Below, in pieces: positions 17,628 through 28,361 of a stretch of DNA of 64,000 bases. Origin of the DNA: an uncultured Gammaproteobacteria bacterium (lineage in GTDB: Bacteria > Patescibacteriota > Microgenomatia > 2-02-FULL-39-11); assembly GCA_964354025.1 (NCBI GenBank), contig CAYGXQ010000005.1:3366-67365 (forward strand), read 5' to 3'. Both the position numbers and the translations under genes were made by a program. How positions within the stretch are numbered: position 1 is the stretch's first letter; every line of letters begins with the position of its first letter. The notes under the pieces are model-generated. The model was not told where the DNA came from and did no database searches. It was given only the letters and a program-made list of their open reading frames with translations.

Positions 17628-20600
17628 ATTCGGCCTCTCCCCTGGTTAAACGTTCTTGCTTGTTGTCTGACAAATCTAGTTTGCGCTTTTTGGGCTGCCA
17701 GTCTTTGTGTCTTATCCCGGGCCGGCGTGCTGATCCCGTATGTTGCTCCCCTGGCCGGAGGTACTATCGAAGAAAGCTGGTCCTGCTCAAAAGCGGAAAT
17801 GACCGTTTTTATCCTCTCCTGAAGTTTTTGCAAAGGAATGGTACTGTTTTCCGTCTGCACTGTCACAATGGGTTGTCCCCGCACATCCGGCACTGCCTGA
17901 ATAAACAACTTACGGCCATCTTCTATTAAGAAACTCATCCCATCGGCAATCGATTCGTTCAGCGCATTCAACATCGGTGGGCTTAGATGCTGGCCTTTAT
18001 AAATTTCCTGCACCAAACCGGCAATATCAAAAGTACTGGTTTTGAAATGCAAGCGCCCATACGCATCATAATAATATTCGCTTTTTGACATCCGGTTGTT
18101 AGTCAGCAGGTATCGGTTTAATTTAACGGTATCTACTTTAAAAGGCCCGGTAGACGAAGCAAAACCAACCCGGTTAGCCAATGCTTCGATATATCTTTTA
18201 CTGGACGGATCGCCTTTGGCCGCCTGCACCACTGCTTCCCGGATGGAATATTCTTGTAATCCCGGGACATAAGTCCAAAACGCGGCAGAACCGCCGGCTT
18301 GGCTGGCAACCCAGATTTTATCGTCATAAGTAAGTTTATGATCTGAAATTAGCTTGTTAATTTCATCTAAAGAAACCAACAAAAGCATTTCCTGTGAAAA
18401 TCCGCCTGCTTCAAACTGGTTTGACGCATTAGCTTCAATTATCTTGCTATTCCTGTCTATGGCCACCAAAGAAGCTTGTCCTCCCGAAGCTTTCAGCGAT
18501 TCTGACAAGGTAAATTGCGCTGAAACCAGAGATTTTCCCTGACTATTGAGACGCAGATTGCCTTCTTTAAGGTCGGAAAGATCCGGCAGTTGGTTAAAAG
18601 AAACCGGCTGGACATTTTCGTTGAAACCTCTCGGGCCGTAGTAGTAATATTTACCATCCTGACCAACGAAGACATTGGGCGCTTCCAATTTTACCGGAGA
18701 TTTATCAACTCCCATCACTTCACCGTCAATCGGCCCAATGGTATAAGCCCTTATTTCTCCGGAAGAATCATAATAAATTATTTGATCCCGCACTAATGTC
18801 GGATTAGTCAGATTTGCCAACGAATCCACCGGCTGCCTTTTGGTTTGTTCTGAAGTGGCAAATAACTGATAAATTGTTTTCCCTTTTCCCGTTCCCCATG
18901 AAAAAGTAAAGGCTGTCTTTTGCGCCACCAGGTAATATTCGCCGCCGTTCCTCGGGAGCCAGACTTCTATCACACCATCCTGCAGTCTTTCATTATTTAC
19001 CACCCTGACCGGCTGTCCTTTTTGCAGATTGCCGTCAACCAGCGCCCAGACTGATTCCGTATCTCCAACGACGCCACCGCCGATTACACCTCCGCTTTGA
19101 AGAGTAGTCTGTGGCCTACTGGCTACTAACAAATTTTGTATGAGAATATATTTCGGGCCTTCTCCGATAGCCACCACTTCCAGTTTGCCTGAAGCGGGAT
19201 TGACGATAAAAAACCGGTCAGTCGCCACTTCCTTACCGTCTTTCCCTCTTTCGAAGTACCGGTAAACCGAAGCCGTATAACCGGGTTTGACATTTAATAC
19301 CCCGCCAAAATTTGCCAAGTCAATGGTCATCTTTATATCTTTCTGGCCTACCAGATAGCCGCCGTCTTTTGTCACCAATACTTGCGGTTCATATAAATAA
19401 TCAGCGAGACTGACTTCTGTTGCTTTGGTTCTTTGCAAAATCTCGGCTAAAAATTGAGTTCTTCCCAAATCCTCCGGTCTTCTTCCATGCGACCTTGATA
19501 ATTCTCTGATATTAATTTCTTCTTTAAACTGTTTTTTGGGATCGAAATCACCTCTGAATCGGGCTTTCCCCAACTCTTCCGGTTTTCCATCACCGGCTCC
19601 CAAAAAGATCCCGTTTTCCAAAACATAAATAGTCGGCAAACCGTCGTGCGCGGCAATGGCGTAAATATTCTGGTTGCCATAAACGAAGCTGGTAGCCTGG
19701 GCCACCAACTGGTTTCCTTCGGCATCAACCCCAAAATCCACATAGACAGTTTTGCCGGCGGCATTGGTATAAATCAAAATCCCTTTATCATTTTCGGTGA
19801 TGATATTTAAACCCCAAGCTGGATCCTGCAGGGTATAAGTCGTTGAATCGAAGATGCCGTCATTGCCAAAACCGGCTCTCATATCGTCAAATTGCTCTTT
19901 GGTCTTGATATCTTTGGCAAAAAATACTTTTTGCCCCGGTTTAACCAGTTCAATCTGCTGGTAATTATTCGGATCACTAGACCGAGTCCAACCGACGATC
20001 TCTCCAGTTCTTAAAATCAAAAACTGGGGAACCGGTTGGCCTTTATCGTCACTACGGAAAGGCGTCCGGTAAATCGGTTTATCCGGATTATTATCCAAAA
20101 TCAGCTTACCACCCTCATCCAAGACTTTTACCGGACTGCCATCTTGCATCTTACCGAAATCCGGATAACTGCCATCGGGATTAGTCAGGTATCTCACAAA
20201 CTGGGTGGCTCCCGCAGTCTCCGTTGCAGTCCGCTCAAGATATGGCACCGGCCTTTGGGAACCGTAAAGAGCATTTTTTTCCCCTTCAAAATTGTCAATA
20301 TCCAACCTTATGCCAACCCCTGCCGGAATGAAATGATTCGGATCCTGTGCGGTGGTCGTACGGGCTGGCAGCTGATAGCCTTTTTCCGGATAAGCGATTG
20401 CTTGTTCAACGCCTGGCAAAACTTTAACTGAATGGCGGGGTACTGTCACCAGGTCATATCCGACTACTTTTTTAGTAACTCCCTCATCTGTCCGATCAAT
20501 GCTTACCATCGGCACCACTCTTGTCTGCGCTTCGACTTCAGCGGTTGTATATGGCTTGTAAGGAGTAAGTAATTGGGCGGCGGTAAAAACCGCAGTCGAA

Positions 20601-23600
20601 GCCACAGCCGGTATTACTTTGGCTGCCAGTTTTTTTCTTTTTTCTCTTACTTGTGCTCCGCGTTCTCTGATTCCAACTACTAATTCCTGATCATCTTCTC
20701 TGATCGGCCGCAAACCGGTCCCGGTGTTGACGATTGAGCCAACCGGGAAATTTGGATTGAAACTGCTGTCTCTGACGATACAAACTAACTCCTTCGTCTG
20801 ATGATCCTCAATGATAATTACTTGGGCAATGTAATCACGATGGAAAAGAGCGTCCACAGCCAGCATCGCTTCCTGCAGGATGGGAGAGGCAAATCGTTTC
20901 CGCGGGTCACGCGGATAACGTTTGATAGCGACAGCATAAACCTGATTTTTAGGATCCATCAGTTTTGACTTTACCATTTGTGACTCAGCCACCGCGGGAA
21001 TATTTAAGAGATCCGTCCTTGCAAACATGGTAGTTGCTCCTTTCCCCACTGGATGAAGCTTCATGCTTTTCTCTGTTGTAATGTCGTAGGCGGCAAAAGA
21101 CGATCTTGTTTTTCCTTTTTTATCGGTTACCGGTTGCCTGGTAATCACCAGTTCCGCCTGCCGTCCATCTCCCAACATAGAACCAATGGCTACTCCCGCT
21201 GCTTCAGAACCGGCTGAATAATAACCGGTCGACGTATGATCCCTCCAACCGCGGATGATTTGTTGATAATCAACAGATGGCAATCTTTCAACCGGAATCG
21301 GGTCTTCTTCCTGACAATTATTCGCGGCGGCCGGATCAATCACAAAACACCTGATCCTTCTTTCTTCACCTTCCATCATCTCATACAAAACCACACTGGG
21401 ATGTCTCAAAGGGCTATTTGGTCTGGGAGCGATAACCGCCTCTAATTTTTGTTCACCGGCCGTATTTGTTAAAACTGAAAATCCAAATTGCTGGGCAATG
21501 CCGGGTTTATTTCCTTCTGATCCGATCGGATTTAATTGGTGAATCGGCCCGTAATTTTTCTCCAATGTATCCTCTGTTGCGCTTTCAAATCTCGCTATAT
21601 CTCTTTTTCCGCCCGACTCGTCATAAACTACCGGCCGGTTTTGGTCCGGATCCCAGACGATCCTAAAATACATACCATCAACCGTTATTTCAAACACCTC
21701 CCCGAAAGCTTTCCGTCTTTTCTCCAGATTTGTCTCGAGTAATTTTGCCGTTGCCTTAGCGGTCACTTCCCGGGCTGAAGATAAAATTCTCTCTTCAAGT
21801 ATTTCTGATAGAGGACTGGAAAACCCTATTCCCAAGGCAAAAGCTTTATTACCCGGCTGTCTGCTCCGGTCAATGGCCACCAGTTCTTTCCGGCCGCCCC
21901 CCCGCTCGATGATAAAGACTTCGCCAATCGCGGCGGCTCTTCCGGCCATTTCATCTGTCACCAGTTCCGGCCTTTCTCCGCTGGCTATAAATCTCAAATG
22001 ATAGATATTATCTGACCCGCCCAAATGGTATTCCTGTTTCAACCTTGAAAACTCTGAACTTTCCGCAAATCCACCTCCCTGCCAGACTCTGGTAGGCACT
22101 CTGGTGATTTTATACTGGTTTCCCTGTCCGTCAATCAAAACAACCTCATGCCGGAGAGCGGCCTTCGAAGGCGGAATATAAAGTTCCAAAGTTTTGTCAC
22201 CCAAAATATCAAGTTGGACAATTTCATCCGGTTTAAAAACGGCACGGGCTATGGCCGGATGAAAAGGTGTCCCTTCAACATATCCTCTGTCGAAACCGGT
22301 ACAAAGCTTTCTCGGGTCATCATCTTCAAGCGGCGCAATATCCGGATCTGTCCCCTCAGGATAAACAAAAGATAAAATCGGTACGTTTACTCCTTCTACA
22401 CGGGTATTAATAAGCTGGACTCTCGGTAAATGTCGTGTTCTCCGGTTATATGGTAAATATTGTGGATTGCCATCAGGATCGCGGGTTATGCAAACAGCGT
22501 AAATTTCTTCATTTAAGGGATTAACGGCCATATCTCTAACCGGATGAAAAGAGATATAACCCAACCCCGGATCAACCAGTCTCACTTCTGTCCTATTTCC
22601 CTCGGTTCTGGCATCAACCATGAATTCAATTCCCTGTCCCGTTTGTTCTTCCAGCCTGACCAAAGTCGGTTGCGTTAAAGATAATTCTTCGCTTGGCATA
22701 CCTGCTTCAACCTGAATCTGACTTTCCCGTAAAAGGCGTTTTTCTACTTCATTTCTCAGAGCTTTTTCCGCTCTTTGCGCTAAGTCAGAAGTAGCTGCCC
22801 GGAAAACCGCTTCCGCGCCTTTTTGCACCCCCGCTTGGGCGACTTGAGCCACAGTTTTGCCTGCTTCGCCCAACCAAACACCGGCGTCAAACAAAGCTGT
22901 TCCTGTTTCCCTTGCCCGCTCCACAACCTCTTTTCCGGTGAGCAGCAAGGCTCCCTGGGCACTTGGTAGAATCGGAACAGGATGAACTAAAAGTGGCAAT
23001 TCCTGTTGGTAAAACACAAAGTACGGATCATTAGGCGGCATCCGCTCTAAAACTTCCCGGTAACGTTCCGTCACCCAGGCAGCCATCACTGCTTCTGACG
23101 GGCTAACCGTCCGGCCGTTTTCATGTCCAGCCTCCCATACCCTCGGCCACAAATACTTGGATATCACCCGGGCGTTGGTGTCGGTCATGGCTAAATCCGG
23201 CGAAACAGCCGGACCCAGCATCCTTCCAATCAGTTCGTCTCTGACAAAAGAGATATCGTCTACCTCAAAAGTTTTCGGTAAAAGATAAAGAAGGGCAGCC
23301 GTCTTTCCGTCGATCGGCCGGTTACTCGTCCGATACTCAAGCACGGTCTCCAAAATGGCGCGAAGCAGCGGCTGTGAAATCTCATTTGAGCCAAAACCGG
23401 CGCGCGGTTCTGTCCGGGGGGCTAAAAATTCATCACCGATGGCTTTGTAATAAGCGTAAATTCTATCGTTTCGAAGCTCATCGTGGCGGTTGAGGATATC
23501 AACGCTGATACCTATCATCTTACAGTCCACCTCGTTTAAATTTCCGCCGTATAATTCCAGATAACCGGCCCGCAATCCCAAATGCCCGGTGATGATCCCC

Positions 23601-23743
23601 AGCATCCGCCGGTCTCTTTCCTGTCTGTCCAAACTGGCGCAATCCATGAGGTGTTGTACTGTTACCTGCTGGTCAAGAGAAGGTAGAGGTAAAGGCAATG
23701 GCCGGGCTTCCGCTGGCGGCGGTGGGGCAGGTGTTTCCATCAT
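17624..23743 (-). CDS. Giant (2039 aa) hypothetical protein, first gene of the overlapping operon
   Basis: Uninterrupted ORF; Pro-rich N-terminus; no recognisable catalytic motifs. Confidence 0.7.
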   Translation of the reverse strand: MMETPAPPPPAEARPLPLPLPSLDQQVTVQHLMDCASLDRQERDRRMLGIITGHLGLRAGYLELYGGNLNEVDCKMIGISVDILNRHDELRNDRIYAYYKAIGDEFLAPRTEPRAGFGSNEISQPLLRAILETVLEYRTSNRPIDGKTAALLYLLPKTFEVDDISFVRDELIGRMLGPAVSPDLAMTDTNARVISKYLWPRVWEAGHENGRTVSPSEAVMAAWVTERYREVLERMPPNDPYFVFYQQELPLLVHPVPILPSAQGALLLTGKEVVERARETGTALFDAGVWLGEAGKTVAQVAQAGVQKGAEAVFRAATSDLAQRAEKALRNEVEKRLLRESQIQVEAGMPSEELSLTQPTLVRLEEQTGQGIEFMVDARTEGNRTEVRLVDPGLGYISFHPVRDMAVNPLNEEIYAVCITRDPDGNPQYLPYNRRTRHLPRVQLINTRVEGVNVPILSFVYPEGTDPDIAPLEDDDPRKLCTGFDRGYVEGTPFHPAIARAVFKPDEIVQLDILGDKTLELYIPPSKAALRHEVVLIDGQGNQYKITRVPTRVWQGGGFAESSEFSRLKQEYHLGGSDNIYHLRFIASGERPELVTDEMAGRAAAIGEVFIIERGGGRKELVAIDRSRQPGNKAFALGIGFSSPLSEILEERILSSAREVTAKATAKLLETNLEKRRKAFGEVFEITVDGMYFRIVWDPDQNRPVVYDESGGKRDIARFESATEDTLEKNYGPIHQLNPIGSEGNKPGIAQQFGFSVLTNTAGEQKLEAVIAPRPNSPLRHPSVVLYEMMEGEERRIRCFVIDPAAANNCQEEDPIPVERLPSVDYQQIIRGWRDHTSTGYYSAGSEAAGVAIGSMLGDGRQAELVITRQPVTDKKGKTRSSFAAYDITTEKSMKLHPVGKGATTMFARTDLLNIPAVAESQMVKSKLMDPKNQVYAVAIKRYPRDPRKRFASPILQEAMLAVDALFHRDYIAQVIIIEDHQTKELVCIVRDSSFNPNFPVGSIVNTGTGLRPIREDDQELVVGIRERGAQVREKRKKLAAKVIPAVASTAVFTAAQLLTPYKPYTTAEVEAQTRVVPMVSIDRTDEGVTKKVVGYDLVTVPRHSVKVLPGVEQAIAYPEKGYQLPARTTTAQDPNHFIPAGVGIRLDIDNFEGEKNALYGSQRPVPYLERTATETAGATQFVRYLTNPDGSYPDFGKMQDGSPVKVLDEGGKLILDNNPDKPIYRTPFRSDDKGQPVPQFLILRTGEIVGWTRSSDPNNYQQIELVKPGQKVFFAKDIKTKEQFDDMRAGFGNDGIFDSTTYTLQDPAWGLNIITENDKGILIYTNAAGKTVYVDFGVDAEGNQLVAQATSFVYGNQNIYAIAAHDGLPTIYVLENGIFLGAGDGKPEELGKARFRGDFDPKKQFKEEINIRELSRSHGRRPEDLGRTQFLAEILQRTKATEVSLADYLYEPQVLVTKDGGYLVGQKDIKMTIDLANFGGVLNVKPGYTASVYRYFERGKDGKEVATDRFFIVNPASGKLEVVAIGEGPKYILIQNLLVASRPQTTLQSGGVIGGGVVGDTESVWALVDGNLQKGQPVRVVNNERLQDGVIEVWLPRNGGEYYLVAQKTAFTFSWGTGKGKTIYQLFATSEQTKRQPVDSLANLTNPTLVRDQIIYYDSSGEIRAYTIGPIDGEVMGVDKSPVKLEAPNVFVGQDGKYYYYGPRGFNENVQPVSFNQLPDLSDLKEGNLRLNSQGKSLVSAQFTLSESLKASGGQASLVAIDRNSKIIEANASNQFEAGGFSQEMLLLVSLDEINKLISDHKLTYDDKIWVASQAGGSAAFWTYVPGLQEYSIREAVVQAAKGDPSSKRYIEALANRVGFASSTGPFKVDTVKLNRYLLTNNRMSKSEYYYDAYGRLHFKTSTFDIAGLVQEIYKGQHLSPPMLNALNESIADGMSFLIEDGRKLFIQAVPDVRGQPIVTVQTENSTIPLQKLQERIKTVISAFEQDQLSSIVPPARGATYGISTPARDKTQRLAAQKAQTRFVRQQARTFNQGRGRI

Positions 23744-23939
23744 AAGACAACCTAACTATATCTTTGTAATATCAAAAATATCTATTTTCAAAAAAATCAG
23801 TGATAATTTTATAGTAAGCAGATTTTGTGAAAAAAACAAGAGAGGAATTTAAAGGAAATTAGAGGATTGTATTGAATATCACTTCAATATATCAAAATAT
23901 AATTATTAATAACAAAAATTGAAAAAATGCGAGTAGAAT

Positions 23940-24278
23940 TTATTTCTTAGGTGGCTGGGCTTTTGTCTGAAGTTCTGGAAATAGATAGTTTTTGGAGATG
24001 GTGTCACGCAGTTTCTCTACAAATCCTTCAATCGTCACCCCTGTCCGATCCTGAAACCTTTTCCTGATCTCCTCTTCCTGCCCTTTGGTATCCGTGATCT
24101 GTTCGATAGCCGTCAAATCCTCGTCAGTGAGAAAATAGAATAGAGCCATGTAAAGCTGGGCGGCGGAAAACTTCATGGCCGCGGCGATGAATTGCCCAAC
24201 CTCTTCTTCGCTTTTCTCCGCTTTCAGCTTATCGATAAATCCCAGATATAAATCGTCTTGCGCCATATATTTTCTCAC
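23940..24278 (-). CDS. Small acidic hypothetical protein
   Basis: ORF; 4 nt overlap with the upstream gene. Confidence 0.45.
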   Translation of the reverse strand: MRKYMAQDDLYLGFIDKLKAEKSEEEVGQFIAAAMKFSAAQLYMALFYFLTDEDLTAIEQITDTKGQEEEIRKRFQDRTGVTIEGFVEKLRDTISKNYLFPELQTKAQPPKK

Positions 24279-25630
24279 GGTTTTAAACTTGTTAATACGG
24301 CATTTGCTGATTGAAATAATCTTGCTAAACCATCATATGTCAGTAAATTCGGTATGTCACCTCTCGCATGCATGGCCTTTAACGCGGCATCCGCTTGGTC
24401 CGGATTAGCCGGTATCATTTTAAGTACTTCATTAACTGTATGCAGAACTCTTTCTGCCGAAGCTTGTTGCATCGCCGGTGTCATATCAACTGTACTTGGA
24501 ATATTTGTTCCATAAATTTGTTCTGCTACATCCTTGACCGCATCCCGCCATACATTAACGATATCACCCGTCATTCCATATTGACGAACAAGTGAATCTG
24601 TTGCTTTTATTCCTACATTCCAGGCATCTTGCGCACCGGTGATACTGGTTGATAAATGTGATTCTGCACTTCCCGGACCGGCTCCCGGAATTGTAACTCC
24701 GGTAACTCCACTATCAGGCGCACCCGGCGGCGCTACAGACCCAACATGTCCTCTGGCTCCGGGAACATCTATACCGGCTACGGCTCCCGGTGGTGGTGCT
24801 CCTCCTCCACTCGGCGCTCCTCCACCAGCTGGAGTTGTAAGATCAGCACGTCCTATTGCATGGATCGCATCCGCTCTTGATACGGCTCCTACTCCCTGTG
24901 GTAAAACTTTTTCAACGTTAGTGACATCAATCCCTCTTCCTGTCCCGCTACTTAATCCAGCATCAACCTTTCCAAGATCTTGTCTTGCTAGGTTGTCGGC
25001 CGCAACTACACGGAAATGCTGACCGATACCGATACCGATTCCTCCTCCTATCCCCCAAAATAAAGCAATTTGTTTAAAAATATTATCAATCGCTTCAATT
25101 CCCTTAATACGTTTTTCGAATGCTTCTAATCTTGGAGCTTTTTGTTCATCAGATAATGCCTTCCAACCTTTCGGTCTTCCTATTGGTTCTGAAATTCTTG
25201 CGATAGAAGAAGGCTTCAACAAAGCTACGGTAACCAAAGCGGCATCAGTAAGCGCTAAAGAAACATATCCCGCCGTTGTTCCGGCAACGTATGTGATAGC
25301 CCCTTCGAACACAGCGGCGGCGGCGACTGTGCCGACTGCCGGTAAACATCTTTTTGCATATTCTCCAAGTTTCGGTAGATTACTTTTTACCCAACCACCA
25401 AATCTTTCACCCGCTATTTCGAGAGGATCTCTTTCTTCTTTTTCTCCCGCCACGGCTGGCGTCACAGATAAGGGTACTTCTGTAGCAGGTGTGGGAGGAG
25501 TATAGTCTGCAGGAAGCATTGATCGAATTGAGGGAGCTGCTAACACTGGTTCTTCGACTACAGGAGGAACATACCCCCTGGGGAGCATGTCATTGATAGA
25601 TAAACGAGAAGGTGCTGGAGCATCTGTCAT
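24275..25630 (-). CDS. Pro/Gly-rich membrane protein, hypothetical
   Basis: TM segments; GGGAPSGGGAPPPG-type low-complexity tracts. Confidence 0.5.
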   Translation of the reverse strand: MTDAPAPSRLSINDMLPRGYVPPVVEEPVLAAPSIRSMLPADYTPPTPATEVPLSVTPAVAGEKEERDPLEIAGERFGGWVKSNLPKLGEYAKRCLPAVGTVAAAAVFEGAITYVAGTTAGYVSLALTDAALVTVALLKPSSIARISEPIGRPKGWKALSDEQKAPRLEAFEKRIKGIEAIDNIFKQIALFWGIGGGIGIGIGQHFRVVAADNLARQDLGKVDAGLSSGTGRGIDVTNVEKVLPQGVGAVSRADAIHAIGRADLTTPAGGGAPSGGGAPPPGAVAGIDVPGARGHVGSVAPPGAPDSGVTGVTIPGAGPGSAESHLSTSITGAQDAWNVGIKATDSLVRQYGMTGDIVNVWRDAVKDVAEQIYGTNIPSTVDMTPAMQQASAERVLHTVNEVLKMIPANPDQADAALKAMHARGDIPNLLTYDGLARLFQSANAVLTSLKP

Positions 25631-25662
25631 ACATAATTTCTCATTTCAATATTAAATCAATA

Positions 25663-28296
25663 TTATCCCTGCGGGTGAGCCGCCTGTGCTTGTGATGCTT
25701 CTTCCTGGAATAGCGCTTGACAAGCCATCATCAATACTACCCCTATACTGGCGCCTGCTTCCCACCTAAAACCGGCTTTTTTCTCAAGTATTTTCAACAA
25801 TCCTTTCATCTTATCTGGATTTGTGATACCTAAATCTCTGAATGCTTTAAAGATTGGATGCAAGGGTGATTTTTGTTGCTGTAATTGATCAATAAAAGCT
25901 ATTCTCCAGGCATCGTCATGATCTGTATTAACAAAATCAACTATTACATTGCGTAATTCTCTTTGATTCCGCGCCTCTTCTAATGATGCGCGAACCATCT
26001 CATAATCTTGTGACTCGTAATATGCCTGCAATTCAGCATTGATCGTATCTAGGCTATCTGCATGATCTTGTCCAACAGTCGCATCAAGGATTTCATTTCT
26101 TGTCACCGGTGGGCCTTGTGTTTCCGCCGCTGTTCCCGCTTCCGGTCCGACCGGAGGGACTCCAGGCACTCCCGTTTCCGGAGGAGTCGGCGGTCTTGCC
26201 GGCGGTGCCGGCGGAGCTTCAACTAACTTGGCATTTTCTGCTTCTCCTATTTCCACATTCAACACTCTTCTTGCCAGCTCTTCAGGTGAACCGAGGAAAG
26301 TATTACCATTAGCAAGGACTGTTGTTATTTGTATGTCAATATCTCCACCTATTTCCCGCATCATATCTCTGACTGTATTTAAAGACACCTGAACACCATC
26401 ATCTCTAAGCAATGCTTTTATTATCGCATCAGCGTCTATCTTCGGCATTTTACCTTTTGCTCCCCCTAAATTAACCTCAGACAACGGATTAAGAATGGTG
26501 ACTATTTGTCCTACCAGGGCTTGTCTCTCCGGAACTGATGCATCCACTGACTGACTCATTAATCTTAATAATTCTGGTTCTCTGCTTAAGGCTTTTCCAA
26601 ATTTTTTAGTCGCTGATTCGGCAAGTTTTCTAGTTTGCTCAACCGCCTCATCAAGTTCCGCAATATCTTTCCTTACTCCAGTAATTTTTTGAACCTCACC
26701 ATCCGGAGGCATTGCATATTTCTCTAGATACGCTTTCATGACCGCAGCCCGGACATAACCATGTGCAGTATCATATAATTTCGTTTGAATACCATAAGCT
26801 TCACTGTATCCTTTACCCACACGCTTCCCTTCTCCATCTACTCTCCATCTTTCAGCTTTTGTCTGGGCGTCTTTGTAATCTTCTTGACGTTTCCCCTGTA
26901 CAGCTTTATCAGTATCTAAGGCTGTAGACAGAGCTACGTAATCTGCTAAATCATCATCTGTAATTCTTGCTTGTAAATATCGAGAAACTCCCCCAATAGT
27001 ACTCAAATCATGCCCTTGTTTTGTCTGCCTGTCAGATAAATTAATCTTAGCTGCTACCGTTAAAATATCTTTAATCTGCTGTGACTTGTGTTCTTTTGTT
27101 ATTTTCCACTCTTCGGTTGGTTGCAATAATCGTTTTACTGCGTCAGCAATCACGTCCGGCGAATCTGTGGTAGAAATTCGCATCATCTGTAATAACTCCA
27201 CTTCCGCATCGTACGAGTCTCTCTTACCTGAAAATGCTTGTATAGCTTGCTCATCTGCAGTTATTCTTGCATCTGCCTGATCTAACACTGCTTTTGCTTT
27301 TAATACTCCGGCTGACTGCTCTATGTCATATTCATACCTTGTGCGCGTTTCTGCTGCTGGTTGACTTGGATCTTCAACCTCTTTTGTCCCACAAGCAACA
27401 ACTTTGTAATCAATCCCTTCTTCTCCTCCTGTTGGAGGGGTGGTTGAAGGAGTCCATGTAGGTATTTTTGTCTTATCTGGTATATTTCTGGCTCCTCCCA
27501 TTCTTCCCTTTGGTGGATATGTCGCTATTATCCATTCCGTCGGTTGTGTTGGATCTGAAACTCGCATCGTCCTAACCTTTGTCACTTCCTCTATCTCGAC
27601 CTGTGGAGCGGAAAATTCTGCCGCTTCCTTTTCCAATGCCGCTAATTTTTCCCGCAAATCTTGGATAGTTTGTGCGGTTTTTAATTCATGTCCTTCACAA
27701 ACAACCACTGCAGTCTTTAAATTTTCTTGTTGAGGCTTTGTTAATTCTGCAAGCGCGGTCTCCAAAAGATATGTTGCTTCTTCAAGTGGTATCGCCACTC
27801 CGCTCTTTACTTCATCTCTTTTTCCTTGCTCTAAAGCGGCTATTCTCTTTCTCAATTGAGCAGCATCTAGCACCTGTACTGGACCTGCTTTATCGGAAAA
27901 ATCATAACCTGTCCCTGTTAACACCTGCTTATTTACTATCCGTGGTGTGGCTAAACTAATGATATTCTGATCTACCGCTGCCGGTTGGGCTGGCGGGGGT
28001 GGTGGAGCTTCTGCCTCTAGTGGAGTTATTACTATTACTGGTTCTGGTGCTCTTGGAGCCGCTGGTGCTATTGCTTCAAATTGCGGTGGTTCTGCTGGTC
28101 TGGCCGGAGCCGCCGGTTCTGTCCGTCTGGAAACCGCGGGAGAAGGAGGTGCCGCTGGCGCGGCAGGTTTCGCGGCCGGGGCAGTTGGTGGTAATAAAGT
28201 ATTTAATTGTCTACCTAAATCTGCTGTATTTCCTGGTGCTGGTGGTGGTGCATCTGCTGATCTCATAAAATCCTCCTTCAATAGATTTTTGGGCAA
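25663..28296 (-). CDS. Large (877 aa) Pro/Ala-rich hypothetical protein
   Basis: Long ORF; N-terminal PAAP-rich region. Confidence 0.6.
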   Translation of the reverse strand: MPKNLLKEDFMRSADAPPPAPGNTADLGRQLNTLLPPTAPAAKPAAPAAPPSPAVSRRTEPAAPARPAEPPQFEAIAPAAPRAPEPVIVITPLEAEAPPPPPAQPAAVDQNIISLATPRIVNKQVLTGTGYDFSDKAGPVQVLDAAQLRKRIAALEQGKRDEVKSGVAIPLEEATYLLETALAELTKPQQENLKTAVVVCEGHELKTAQTIQDLREKLAALEKEAAEFSAPQVEIEEVTKVRTMRVSDPTQPTEWIIATYPPKGRMGGARNIPDKTKIPTWTPSTTPPTGGEEGIDYKVVACGTKEVEDPSQPAAETRTRYEYDIEQSAGVLKAKAVLDQADARITADEQAIQAFSGKRDSYDAEVELLQMMRISTTDSPDVIADAVKRLLQPTEEWKITKEHKSQQIKDILTVAAKINLSDRQTKQGHDLSTIGGVSRYLQARITDDDLADYVALSTALDTDKAVQGKRQEDYKDAQTKAERWRVDGEGKRVGKGYSEAYGIQTKLYDTAHGYVRAAVMKAYLEKYAMPPDGEVQKITGVRKDIAELDEAVEQTRKLAESATKKFGKALSREPELLRLMSQSVDASVPERQALVGQIVTILNPLSEVNLGGAKGKMPKIDADAIIKALLRDDGVQVSLNTVRDMMREIGGDIDIQITTVLANGNTFLGSPEELARRVLNVEIGEAENAKLVEAPPAPPARPPTPPETGVPGVPPVGPEAGTAAETQGPPVTRNEILDATVGQDHADSLDTINAELQAYYESQDYEMVRASLEEARNQRELRNVIVDFVNTDHDDAWRIAFIDQLQQQKSPLHPIFKAFRDLGITNPDKMKGLLKILEKKAGFRWEAGASIGVVLMMACQALFQEEASQAQAAHPQG

Positions 28297-28361
28297 AAAA
28301 GATTGCCTGTTTCCAGCTTAGGATATTTTTTCAACCCCTGTCAAGTGGCAGTTTGCCCGAT

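Noticed and set aside
17624-23743. P-loop NTPase motif in the giant protein (WGTGKGKT)
   Set aside because: Spacing does not fit GxxxxGK[ST], and no Walker B is nearby; treated as chance.
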